Shown piece after piece: positions 1-13,200 of a stretch of 64,000 nucleotides of DNA. The notes below the pieces were generated by a model. That model was not told the DNA's origin and searched no databases. It worked only from the letters and a program-made list of their open reading frames with translations. The DNA lies in NCBI RefSeq assembly GCF_035084215.1, contig NC_090355.1, positions 21,886,001 through 21,950,000 of the forward strand, written 5' to 3'. Both the position numbers and the translations under genes were made by a program. This DNA comes from Heptranchias perlo. Taxonomy: Eukaryota. Numbering within the stretch: position 1 is the first letter of the stretch; each line of letters opens with the position of its first letter.

Positions 1-330
1 CGTTGATGTCGCCGGTTGAGGCCTTTAACTCGTCACTCGACTATCGTTAATACTTCCCGATCTCTTGTTAATGGCCGGTTTTCCCCTTTTAAGATTAACC
101 CGGTTACACACGTCACGCGGCTCTCTCATTGGCTCTTTGGACGGGAGTTTAACCCTACACTGGCCAAGCGGCGCCCTCTCCATTGGTCGGCTTCGTAGTA
201 AAGTTGAAAGTTCAAGAGTTACAGGTTGCCTTAGTAACGCTAAGGGAAGGAGTTGAAGGAAGAGAGCTCAAAGCGTTCGTGTCACAGACCCGTTAGTGTA
301 AGTATAGCGAGTAAACGGTGCGATATCTGT
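1..330. promoter_or_regulatory. CpG-rich promoter of RABEPK, probably bidirectional (PPP6C expected on - beyond the window edge)
   Basis: CpG-dense versus the rest of the window; two reverse CCAAT boxes (ATTGG near 128 and 182); X-box-like GTTGCCTTAGTAAC at 225-238; splice donor GTAAGT at 298. PPP6C assignment is from recalled human synteny only. Confidence 0.65.
200..297 (+). other. RABEPK: Putative non-coding exon 1 of RABEPK (start approximate)
   Basis: Donor GTAAGT at 298-303; matching acceptor ttattccAG at 1148-1149 just before the ATG-bearing exon. Confidence 0.5.
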
Positions 331-654
331 TAGCCACCCGAGGTATTGGAGACAAGTATGAAAAAAGGGACCTGAAAGTTTACATCCGTGTTATATCACC
401 AAGCAAGCCCTTCAGATTGGATGCTCATCCGCCTGTCATTTGATGTCTCGGGCCCTTTTCGTCTTTGGTGTATTTTTATTTTTCCCAGAAGCAAGCAGCA
501 CACTAACTTACACATTGAACTTCCTGACGTTTGGGGAGAGTCTGCGTCTGTTCGAGTATTACAAGGAGACAATGTTACATTTAAGTCAGAGGGAGTTGTG
601 GGTGTTAGGGCTGCTGTTAAAGCTTATTCTAAGGGGACTCAACAAGGATCTAAC

Positions 655-795
655 ACTTGCCTGCTATTCGGAGGTAAAATCGAGACCATGGGATTAAAGG
701 GTCAGTGGCAGCGTGGATACGAAATTGGCTAAGAGACAAAAAACAGAGAGTGGTGGTGAGCGGTTATTTTTCAGACGGGAGGGACGTATACAGTC
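655..795 (+). mobile_element. CR1 LINE reverse-transcriptase fragment
   Basis: Translates to HGIKGSVAAWIRNWLRDKKQRVVVSG, matching the CR1 ORF2 segment at ~3250-3350 (HGIEGKVRTWLGSWLSERRQRV). Confidence 0.75.
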
Positions 796-1164
796 GGTCA
801 GTATTATGTATTTTGTATTATCTGAGTAAGATTTATATACGTTTGTCTTTGAAACTCAATCCTGAGGATTGGTAGAAAAGCTTGAGTGACTGATAAAGCA
901 GGGATTCAAAACTACAGACAAAGTTTACAACCTGTAGCTCATGTCTTGATCTCGGCCCTGCGTCAGATTTTTAAAAAAATTATGACTTATTTTACGGGCA
1001 CATTGGGGCTCCAATATGTTTTGCCATGGATTGAATAAGTGTTTATGTTAATACAATTTAATTAGGATTAAATTATGAAGGAGTTAGTTTTTATACAGGA
1101 CAAGTAATATGAAAGTTTAATTACTCAATATCTGCTCGTTTTATTCCAGATTTATCAAGAAATT

Positions 1165-1217
1165 ATGGAATTAATGACTGTCTTGGAGCCAGAGGAAAGT
1201 CCTCAAAAAGCAACATG
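1165..1217 (+). CDS. RABEPK: RABEPK coding exon 1
   Basis: MELMTVLEPEESPQKAT(W); donor GTAGGA at 1218. Confidence 0.9.
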
Positions 1218-4200
1218 GTAGGATCCATAAGCACGTGTATTATTTAATTTGACTCTATCAATGGGTATTGTAACTATAAAATGGCCTTGTGAAACAGGAA
1301 TAAAATGCCCCCTCCTCATTTATGTTTGTACTGTTTAAACTATACATGAATAACAAGTTTTTGAAAGATAATAGTGACATGGAGGGGGATTAATGATAAT
1401 GTTTAGCACCCGCAGAATGGTATAGTGTCATTTTCTGCCCTGTTGCACATTCTTCCTCCTCTCGGCATCGACACTATGTTGAAATAAAGGTGCATTATAC
1501 AGTCTTCAATTCTAACTCGTTCTTTTCCAGGACCTGAAATCTGTGGAACTCCTTACCTATCTCAGTCTTTCCTTTCTCCCATAGTCTACGGGCTTTCGAA
1601 ACTCAGGCTTAGTGTCGCTAGTTCTTGATTTACCTTATCTTCAATCCAATCTCTTCAACCTTGATAATGTCCTGTGCTAGCATCTTTACCCAAGTTTCTT
1701 GATACTAAATTTCTTGACGTTTTTCACACAAAACTATATATTTTTTAAGAAAGCAAGATTCCAGGTTAATTACATTATCTGATTCAAAAAAAAGGACCTT
1801 TCCTTATAAGGCGATGGTACACTATACAGTACAGTGGAGAAGGAAAGTACACATAGAAATTCACTTATAACATGAAATTTTGTAGCTCAATTATTTTTAG
1901 AAATGGGATTTATAATTCAAAACCTCTTCCATTCTGCCTGACCTATACAGACTTACACTGGTGCATGTATCACATACATATCGTACAAAAGTTGTGCACC
2001 ATTTGCACAGGAAAAATCCTGGCTTAAGGAATAAATCCCTGTCAAACTACCACTATAGCCCAGACCCAATTAGAAATGGGGCTTCCCAATGGTTTATCCC
2101 AATGTGAGTTTAACCCAGAATCTGTCAACAGGAAAGGAAAAAGGGTGACCAGCCTTAGAGGAGTTATATCTGGTCCAGTCAGAGAGAATGCACAGTCATC
2201 TCTGATTCAGCTATCCTTCAAAGCATGGGGAATGTCACCTAACACTCAGTAGGAATGCATCTGTCAACTCCAATGAAGAATCCGATACAGGAGACAATCT
2301 AATCAAGTGCTTTCTATATGCTTAATCTTCCAGTACAATAAATTGTGTGTGGCTCTATTGAGATATCAATTCATGTTTAATAAGGAAATAAGACATAAGG
2401 AAAGGGCATACAAAAAGGCAAAAAATGGCACAGATCCTGGCGAATGGGAAAGATACAAAGATCAACAAAGGGTCACAAAACAGATAGTAAGAGCTACAAA
2501 AAGAGAGTATGAAAAGAAACTCGCAAGGGATATCAAAACCAATACGAAGAACTTTTATAGTTATATTAGGAAAAAGAGGATGGTCAGGAGCAGTGTTGGC
2601 CACTTAAAAACTGAAAGTGGGGATATGATCATTGACACTGGGGAAATGGCGGACATGTTGAATAATTACTTTGCGTCAGTATTTACAGTCGAAAAAGAGG
2701 GTAGCATGCCGGAAATCCCAAGAAAACTAATATTGAATCGGAGACAGGGACTCGATAAAATTAATATAACTAAAGCAACAGTAATGAAGAAAATAATAGC
2801 ACTGAAGAGTGACAAATCCCCAGGACCAGATGGTTTCCATCCCAGGGTTTTAAAGGAAGTAAGTGAGTACATTGCGGATGCCCTAACTATAATCTTTCGA
2901 AGTTCTCTAGATTCAGGAACTGTCCCTCTAGATTGGAAAATTGCACATGTCACTCCGCTTTTTAAGAAAGGAGAGAGAGGGAAACCGGGGAATTATAGAC
3001 CAGTTAGCCTAACATCTGTTGTGGGGAAAATGCTGGAGTCTATAATTAAAGATAGGGTGACTGAACACCCTATTTTCACTTAATCAGAGAGAGCCAGCAT
3101 GGATTTGTGAAAGGTAGGTCGTGCCTGACAAACCTGATTGAATTTTTTGAAGAGGTGACTAAAGTAGTGGACAAGGGAATATCAATGGATGTTATTTATA
3201 TGGACTTCCAGAAGACATTTGATAAGGTCCCACATAAGAGACTGTTAGCTAAGATAGAAGCCCATGGAATCGAGGGAAAAGTACGGACTTGGTTAGGAAG
3301 TTGGCTGAGCGAAAGGCGACAGAGAGTACGGATAATGGGTAGGTACTCACATTGGCAGGATGTGACTAGTGGAGTCCTGCAGGGATCTGTCTTGGGGCCT
3401 CAATTATTCACAATATTTATTAACGATTTAGATGAAGGCATAGAAAGTCTCATATCTAAGTTTGCTGATGACACAAAGATTGGTGGCATTGTCAGCAGTG
3501 GAGATGAAAACATAAAATTACAAAGCGATATTGACAGATTAGGTGAATGGGCAAAACTGTGGCAAATGGAATTCACTGTAGACAAATGTGAGGTCATCCA
3601 CTTTGGATCAAAAAAGGATAGAACAGGGTACTTTCTAAATGGTAAAAAGTTAAAAACAGTGGATGTCCAAAGGGACTTAGGGGTTCAGGTACATAGATCA
3701 TTGAAGTGTCATGAACAGGTGCAGAAAATAATCAATAAGGGAAATGGAATGCTGGCCTTTATATCTAGAGGACTAGAGTACAAGGGGGCAGAAGTTATGC
3801 TGCAGCTATACAAAACCCTGGTTAGACCGCACCTGGAGTACTGTGAGCAGTTCCGGGCACCGCACCTTCGGAAGGACTTATTGGCCTTGGAGGGAGTGCA
3901 GCGTAGGTTTACTAGAATGATACCCGGACTTCAAGGGTTAAGTTACGAGGAGAGATTACACAAATTGGGGTTGTATTCTCTAGAGTTTCGAAGGTTAAGG
4001 GGTGATCTGATCGAAGTTTATAAGATATTAAGGGGAACAGATAGGGTGGATGAAGAGAAACTATTTCCGCTGATTGGGGATTTTAGGAGTAGGGGGCACA
4101 GTCTAAAAATTAGAGCCAGACCTTTCAGGAGCGAGATTAGAAAACATTTCTACACACAAAGGGTGATAGAAGTTTGGAACTCTCTTCCGCAAACGGCAAT

Positions 4201-7200
4201 TGATACTAGCTCAATTGCTAAATTTAAATCTGAGATAGATAGCTTTTTGGCAACCAAAGGTATTAAGGGATATGGGCCAAAGGCAGGTATATGGAGTTAG
4301 ACCACAGATCAGCCATGATCTTATCAAATGGCGGAGCAGGCACGAGGGGCTGAATGGCCTACTCCTGTTCCTATGTTCCTATGTGACTGAGAAGATATCT
4401 CCCAGTATTGAACAATTGTTGGGCAGTTCCACAAGTTGCTTTTCTGTCTGTTCAGCAATGCTGTACAATGGGAGAGATTTCTTTCCCTGAGACAGCATTT
4501 GAGTGATGGTTAAAATTACTTCTTAATTTTTCATAGCTAAGTATTGACATTGGGATAATTTGATTTAAATTATGGTGAATTTGTATTTTTAAAGTAACAG
4601 CATATACATAAAAAACATAGAATTTCTTCTATAATAAACTACAAATTGTAGTGATGCTACAATCATTAACCCTGTTGTGTGAACATTATTACACAGCAAC
4701 AGTTTTGAACTGTGGCTGAATGGCAGCTAGCTATGGGGGAAGGCAGAAATGCAAACTATTTCGAAGAAATGGTACTGCACCATGAATGAAGATATGAGAG
4801 GAAGTGCAGAATTTAATCTGACAAATACTAGAAGATAGGTTCCCCTCCCCCCTTTACCAGTTTTCTCTGCCAATTTTCCTCTCCTTTCATAAGGCATTTC
4901 ACCTCATAGGGCTACTGTTCCACGGGTGCCAGTCACTCTATAGTACCTCACCTGAGTGCCTATTATTCATGCGTGAGCTTTCGTAGTGTGTGTTGACAAA
5001 CTATTCTACCACAAAGGCTGCCATAGCCAAGACCAATTCTTTCCTCATCTGGAATTCACCCACATGTCCTATTCTGCAGGCCCCGCTGGAAATAATCAGA
5101 TGTGATAACATCACCATTTTTGATCCAAGGTGCTGTTACATTTTAGCTTTTCATTGAACAGTTTCACAAGGAATCCTTTAATTGGATGCTATCCACCATG
5201 CCAAAAGCTTTATCTTATTCAGTAATTTGCCCTTTTCAGAGTTGTGAATTAACAATTACTCCCTTGCAATGATCTTATTGGATTTAACATAGTTTTGTGC
5301 AGTGCTACCAAACTATGTTTTGGTAGCACTGCACAGTTTTATAGACCAAAACTACGAACATCTATTTAGAATTAAATTGAAATATGAAGTACAACATGTT
5401 CAGATACTAAAAAGTATAAAATGTAAATGTAACATGCTATGTCCAGATTGCGGTAATTACCCTTCACAAGAAACATATTTAGATATAAATAAAGTTTCTG
5501 AATGACATGCAAGTTGTCTTGCACACTACTTATGATGTTGGGATCAAAATTTCAGGGAATGGAACAGAGTATTCCACTGATCAGATACCAAAACTCAGAG
5601 GAAACTGCAATACTTTTGAAATACATGACACAAAGTCCTGCACAATATCCTCTTAACCAAAATCCACCACCAAAGACTGGATTGCGGTTTACCATTTGTG
5701 TCGAAGGTTTTCATATATGATGCACAAATTGGTTCATTTCAAAATGTCCCAACTGTTGTATGTCAAAAGATATTGATAACCAAGCCAGATATGTACACAG
5801 CAGAACAGCAGTAAAACAGAGTGAATTGCAGCACCATAGAATGTTAGACTACATTAGCTAAAACTAGTTTGTTGACCATAATCTATGATAATACAATTAA
5901 TACCATCACAAGATTAAGTACAGCTAACTGCATCAGAAGTAGATTGATCTTTAATATTTAATAAACAGAATCTAGATCATCATGAGCAACAAGAATTTAA
6001 GTATCTTGGCCATAGTTAGTTTTTGCTTAGTAATAGTGAAACAAAGTTAAATTCCATGTCTAAGATTACAATACAAACTTAGAAAAATTAAGTTTACTGT
6101 CTGCATTCAACTTATCACTGATAGGTTTCCAGTGTTAAGGCTGCCACTTTATGATATGAGTATAAAATTATACAGCCTGTCTCCTTGTGTAGTAGGCTGC
6201 TGTGGTACCCTGCCGTCCTCAGTCTGCACTGGCTTTATCTCTGGGAACACCTGCAGGAATCTTTGATTGAAATCTGTGAAAAAAGACACCGGGTTGCCCC
6301 AGTGTCAAGAACCCCAAAATCCTATTAAAGTGCTCCCAACATTGCTTTTTGGCACACGCAATCACAACTAAATTAAACCAAAATCCGATTGTCTTCATCA
6401 ACTATGCACTCCGCTCCCTGAGGTGCCCACTGGCCGCAGAAAGCCTTAAGTGTACCAGCAGACACCGTGTGCTCCTTCTCCAAGGCCACCTGGGTGCAGA
6501 AAATGCTGCGGAAGAGAGGCAGACAGTCGGACCGACCGGCCCCCCCAAGGACTGCATCTAGCCTGGACCTGTGAGGAACACCTGCCAGAAGTCATTGTTT
6601 TCTCAATCATCTTTTCCTAGTTTTATCTAATTTTTCATGCACATTAGTTCTCTGTTGCTATTATATTGTATTTCTGTTCTTAGAAGCTTATGCTATTGAA
6701 TTAACTGTAATGATGCATTTTACAGTTCCCATTTTTATTTTGATTTGAATACTCAAATTTTTCAAACTTTCTTATTTTCAATTCTTCAAAAGCTCCCTGC
6801 AACTTCCCAAAACCTTCTGATTTGAGTGGTCAAAGTTTGACCTTAAGTACCTTAGAATATTATAAAGAATATCATATTTTATTGACCAGTAATCACCAAT
6901 CACCAATTCAACCACCTAGATCAATTTCCAAAGCATCACTCAACTAAGTAGCCCTGCCAGAAATGATAATTGCCAGATTTTAATTAGTTTCTCAAAAAAC
7001 AGAATCCCATTTTTTAAACTTCTTCCTCTTTCCCAGCGTCTAGATCACCATAAGGAAACATGCTTTCACATAGTAGGCCTCTTTCAAGATTGCAAATGGT
7101 TCACTAAGGGGTGATTTGTTCAAAAACCATCGCACATTAATCTGCCTTTGTTCTTCATTTTTGGTTGGCCGTAGCTGGAGCTGGTAGAAACACCAGAATG

Positions 7201-10200
7201 TGTGAATGCCATAAAAATATCTGAGCACGCAATGATTAACTCTTAAATGTTATTCTGACATGCACATAGTATGTCTTCTGCCAGATGCATGTCTTGAGGC
7301 ACTGTTTTAAACCATGCAATTTGTTGGAAAGTAAGTTATGAGATGTAGTTAACAATATCACAACTCAAGAATATAAAAGCTATATACAACTATCCAAATA
7401 TAAACAGAAGTGAATGGAGTGCTGGAAAGAATTCACAAATCCTTCCAGGAATGGTGTGACTATGCTAATACTTTCCTGAAGTGAAACTGAATACTCAGTT
7501 AAAATGCGACACCTTAGTGCACTATTGTACTGTTGTAGAGAGGTGCAATATGCATTCTTATCTGTTATTCCATACATAATAAGTTCCTGATCCTGATTGT
7601 AATCTTAGGAGAGGCACAAAATGGAGGCGAGGCACTTGCCCACAAGGAACAAAAGAAAACTGGTGCCCATGAGACACCCCAGCCCACAAGCCAGATCAAA
7701 ATTAGCAAAAATCTGAAAGCCGGTAACTTGCCTAACCTCTCTGCTGGTGCAACGTCTTGCTGGCCAGCGGAGAAGAGCGTCCCCATTAGAAAGGCATGTA
7801 TTCAGGAATTCTCCATTGCACCATTGGAAACCTGGGTGGACAGTGCTGCATGGCACGGTGACTTGGAATGTTCTTCTCAGCCGCTTTACAGATACCTGGC
7901 CAGCTTTCCCATTCTGCGGCCTGGAAGAAGATGCATATCATTTTTATTTGCAGTGCCAGAGGTTGCAGCCCCTGTTTCACTATTTAACGGGGCTGCTCCT
8001 CAACTTTTGATTGCATTTTAGTCTCACGCTCCTTATCTTTAGTCACTCAGTGCACAGAGAGGCGAACAGGTTGGAGGACATCCTGGTGGGTCTGCTCCTG
8101 AGCCTGGCTAAAACCGCCATTCATGGTCCAGGATGTGAGAGATCCATGGGGAGGTTTGCCCCAACTGCTTAACTCTCTATTGTGGCCTTGTGTGCACCTG
8201 GGTGACCTTGGAAAAGGATCCTGTGGTGTTCACCAGTGCACTTGAAGCCCTCCGCGACTGTTGGACACTGCAGGAGGCCAACTGTATCATTGATAAAAGA
8301 AACCAAATCATGATTTTATATTATTTGTGAGCATTTTAGTTTGAATGAGCCATATTTATTAGTGGTGCCCTCCTCTTAGTGGCATTGGGCAACCCAGTGC
8401 CACTCTGTTGGTCCATTTCAAAATAGTCCTATCCTCAATGCAATGGAATGACCTCTGACGCAAGAATTAAAGAGGAGAGGAAGTAAAATAACAGCAATCT
8501 TTTAGAGAAAACATTTTGTGCACCAAATTTCATAATAATCTTTATTTGATGTAGAGTCTGACAGAGAACAGACAGTCTTAATAAAGTAGAGAACTGTCCA
8601 GAGGGTCTTAAAGACTAATGCCTATTTTTCACTGAGAGTGAATTTAAATTTCTTAGATAAGTACACAGCAATCATTGAGTTTGTGCTTTTCCCCCCTTTT
8701 ATAGGTATGCTCTTGTACCAAGAGGAGAGAATCCAGGTGTTCGAGTTGGTCATACTCTCGCATACATTCCGGATACCTCTGGGAAAGGGAAGATCATTAT
8801 AGTTGGAGGAGCAAACCCTAATGGGAGCTTTCCTGATGCCCATATCTTAGAACTGGGTAACAACATGTCGTGTTGATTTTTTTTTCAACTGATCAAGTTG
8901 AAATTTTCAGTACACTAGTTTATATTAATATGCAATTCCAGAACTGACTTTGTCTATACCTGTTATTTTCCCTTCTCACTATACAAAGTCTAGAGTTGTC
9001 ACTGTATTTTAGTAATTTGTTCAGTAGGTTTGTTGAATAAAAAATTAAGTGATTTCATTAATAGACTTTAGAAGTAACTGGAAAATGGTTTTGGTTAAGA
9101 AAGCAACTTGGTGGTACAACACCAGCTCACCTCAGCTCTAGACCATGGTTCCTCACATCGTGAGTTCTGTTGTGTCTTTGCATTATTCTCAATTATGGAA
9201 AAGCACCTAGCAAGTCACGGAAAAGAAACTGGTTGTGTCCAAGGTCTTACCACTCTTGGATTGGTGTACGTTGCCACAATAGGCTCTCGATGTACTGTTT
9301 GATGTAAGTACCATCAATGCTGCTCTGTGACTTTACAGTGGATGACTCTAAAGTGAAATGCAGTTCTGCCTTTCCTTGTATGAGACTCTCATTTTAATGA
9401 GGCACAACAGAGTTTACAACTACATCACAATGCCATGTCCAGAAGGCCTAGAACATGAACCTAAGGCCAGTGGATTGTGAAGTGAATATTGTTATTGGCT
9501 ATTATCAATTGTGATTGATTTACAGGTCTGTGCACAAAATGTATGAATATTGTAATAATGTATCATATATATGTCTAAATTATATTAAACAATAAAAATT
9601 AGCCAGTAAGCTTGTCATTCAAAGATTCACACACACAGTCAAACGAACCTGTTCCAGTGGGTGAGTTCCTCAAAAAATGCAGTTAAAGTTTCTTGATAAA
9701 ATGTATGAAACTCCAGATTGCCTCTGCAATGTCAATTGGTGTTTATCCATTTCTCCAATATGGAATGTTTGCAAACCTATTAATCATCTGCAAATATGTG
9801 TACATTTGTTCCATTCTCTTTCTCCTCCACATTTCCCTATTTTTGTAATTTCTTTTCGACTCCAACTCACCGATAGTCACCTTTTGTGATGTTTGTTTTT
9901 AGTAACAGTGGCTGGGATCCAATAATGTAGTATTGGGGTAATGTGCTAATGATTCCTGTGTTGTCAGGACAGCCTGATACAATACTAATCTAGCAGTCTA
10001 TTCTTCCAGTTTGTAAACTTATTTGTGCTGTTATTGATGTTACTGGTCTGTTGTACTAGATATCATTTTGAGATTATCTCTCTTTACTGCTTTGTATCCA
10101 AAACTGTACATTCACTGATTTTGTTCCCCATGAAATAGACACACATGAGTGGGATGTACCAGAGTGGAAGGGATTATTGCCTCGATATGAACATTCCAGC

Positions 10201-13200
10201 TTCGTTCCAGTAAGCAAACCTGGCGGCCTGTGGCTATTTGGTGGTGCAGATGAGTGTGCAAACAGGAATTGTGTCCAAGTTTTGAACTTCGGTAAGGTTA
10301 TATTAATGCATTGATTCTACTGCCCAAGTGTCAGTTACAAACAACCAAACCTTTAGGAGCTTAATCACTTTAGTGTAATGTCATTGTCGTTTTGTGCTTT
10401 ACATGCATAACATTTTTGATCAAGAAGACACCTCACTGCTCATAAGTTTTTTTTATATCGACAAGTCACCCATTCCCTCAAAATTCCATACTGCAGGTAA
10501 TAAAGTATTTATTTAGCAGGAAAAATATAATTGTGTGATAAACTGTAATCCTTGCTCAGCAGTATTTAATATTGTTAAAAGTACATCAGATCATCTGTAA
10601 ATTGCATTTTTCGCATCGAATTTAATTTAATATGTATGCTGTTAATATAATGCATTAAATAGACTTTATCATCTTTGAACAGAAGAAAAAAATGCCCAAA
10701 AGGAGGTCTTGTTCAAAAAATAATTAGCTGAAAACTGAAATAAAAACAGAAAATAGCAGGTCAATCAACATCTGAAAGACAAAGGTTAATAGGCCAGAAT
10801 TTGCTGTCAAAATAACACCGAGTTTAATGCACACACCCGTTATTATTGTGTAAATAACCCAACAATTTGTGGCGAGGAAGAGATACCCCGTGAGTTGCGA
10901 ATCGCCGCAAATTGATGGACAACTTGCGCTACTCCCCTGAAGGCAGCTCGCTGTCAACCTTCCCGTGAGTTTCAAGAAATTGCTGCATTTGTGCTGTTAA
11001 AACAAATTAAACTCGCCACAGAAAGTTAGGGCTGGTTCTTAACAATGTAAGGACCATTTTAATGACTAGATTTATGTTACTGCAATGCCACTTAACCTCT
11101 CCGGCCCAGAAAGGGAACAGCGGAAACTGTGGAGTCTCATTCCTGCAGCTAGTAAATTGTTCTTAGAGGTTTTTAAAATGTTACATTTTTTTTTAAATTC
11201 TTGCTTTTCCTTTCTGTCCCTTTTTTCCCTCGATCTTAATCTAATCTTTCCTTCCCTCTCTTTATTTCCCTTTCAGTACCTAATTTGACTCTAATTCACC
11301 CTATTTCCTTCTCTGTCTTCCTCTGTTTCTTTCTATATTCTTAAATCTCATTGGTTATAGAGATAGATTGTTGGTCCCATCGCTCATCAAGGCCCCAGAT
11401 GCCTCATTGACCTCGCATCAGCTTGCATTTCCAGCAACTTGCAGCGCAAAAAAATTTCGAGCTGTAGGGTGAGGAAACAAACTGGGCACACCGCAAAATG
11501 CCCTGCTCCAGCAGATTCTGGGCCATTGTTTTGGGTGTAACTCTTCATCACATTTTAAAAGATAAGTTGAGATATTTTGCTGAGACGTCACGTGTTGTGC
11601 TAAAGATATATAAGTTGCACCAATTTTACTTGAGCACTGGTACCTTTTATTAAAGCATCAATAGAATTACTTGTTACACAGAATAGACGACAAACTTGAA
11701 CTAACGATGCTTGTTAATGGTCAGACATAATATAATTGTTGCCCTAGTGTGTATGTTTTGTCTAAACCAGAGACTGGAGTGTGGAGAAGCCCAGCAGTAA
11801 ATGGGACACCACCAACACCTCGAACGTGTCACTGCTCTACAGCAGCTATTGGAGACTGCCTCTATGTTTTTGGTGGTGGAGACAAGGGAGCAGAGCCTGT
11901 GCAAGATCCACAACTCCATGCCTTTGATAAAGGTACAAATGAGCAGTTTACCAAGGAATCCGACTGAACAGAAAACAACATTTATACAACTTATTTCAAG
12001 GTGCTTCACAAATGGACATTGAACGGGAATTAGGAGAAGTAGTTTCGCGGAGATAACCAAATCCTGTGAGTCGAGGTATGCTATGAGAAGGTTTCTGAAC
12101 ATGGGGAGAGATGCAGCAAAGCGGCTTTCGAAGAGAATTTCATCGTAGGGCCATAAAGGCTGTGCACCCATGGTGGAGTGGGTCTCAAGGGGAGGAAGGT
12201 AGCACAGAAGTCCAGACTCAAGAGCAGAGGGTGCAAGCTGAGACATGGGGCTGGAAGAGGTTACGGATGTCAGGTGGGGCCAGGCCATGAAGGGATTTGT
12301 AAATGAGGACGAGGAATTGGAATTCAGAATGCTGGATAGCCAGTGAAGGTCAGCAAAGACTGGGGTGATGTGTCAGCAGTACTTAGAGCAGAATAGAAGT
12401 CAGCCTGCAGAAGTCTGGATGAGTGGGAGTTTCTGTAGGTGAAATTTGAGAGGCCAAGTCGGAGGGTATTGGGGAAAGCTGAGTCTGGAGGCGGTAACAG
12501 TGTGGATGAGGGTTTCAGTGACTGTGGAGGCAAGGTGCAGTTTTGGTTATGGTCAGGACATGGGGTCAGCTTAGTTGAACAAGACATCAAAGATATTAGA
12601 ACTTGGATTTATATTGTATCTTTCACATTTGCAGGATGCCCCAAAGTGCTTCATTACATATTAATTACTTTTTAGGCACTTTTTAGTTTTGTAGGCAAAC
12701 ATGGTAGCTAATTTGTGCATAAGGTTTTAGAAACAATAAATGTTCACTTGTTTTTGTTGATGTTGGCACCTCTGACAATGCAGGACTTCCTCAGAACTGC
12801 AGTTAAGTGTCAGCCCATAATATATGCTCAAATCCTGGAGTAGGACTTAGATCCACAGCCTTGACTCAGAGGCAAGAATGCTACTAATGAGCCAAGTTGA
12901 TAATAGTGAATGTCTCCAAGCACTTATTAAAAAATTTATTACATTTTCCCTGTTTAAAAGTGGTCGCCCATCTTTAGATGTCGCACTACACCTTTGCCAG
13001 AGGAAGGGTGGGCAGTTTGCTTGTAGAAGTTTGCTGGTGCCACTTGAACCAGCTGCTGGGACATGATCCAAGAGTTGCTTGTCTGTCCCTCAAGCTGGAA
13101 ATGTGTCCAGCTTTTGTTCACTTTCTCCTCCTGTTTAATCAGGAGCAGGAACTTGCCTTATGGGCATCACGGGCACCAACCAGCACCAGTGTGCTGCACC

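Noticed and set aside
388-732. ORFs 388..732 and 440..697 near the promoter
   Set aside because: Lie in the first RABEPK intron and run into a CR1 fragment; no protein family recognised.
11701-12288. 195-aa minus-strand ORF
   Set aside because: Antisense to a RABEPK exon plus L2 remnant.
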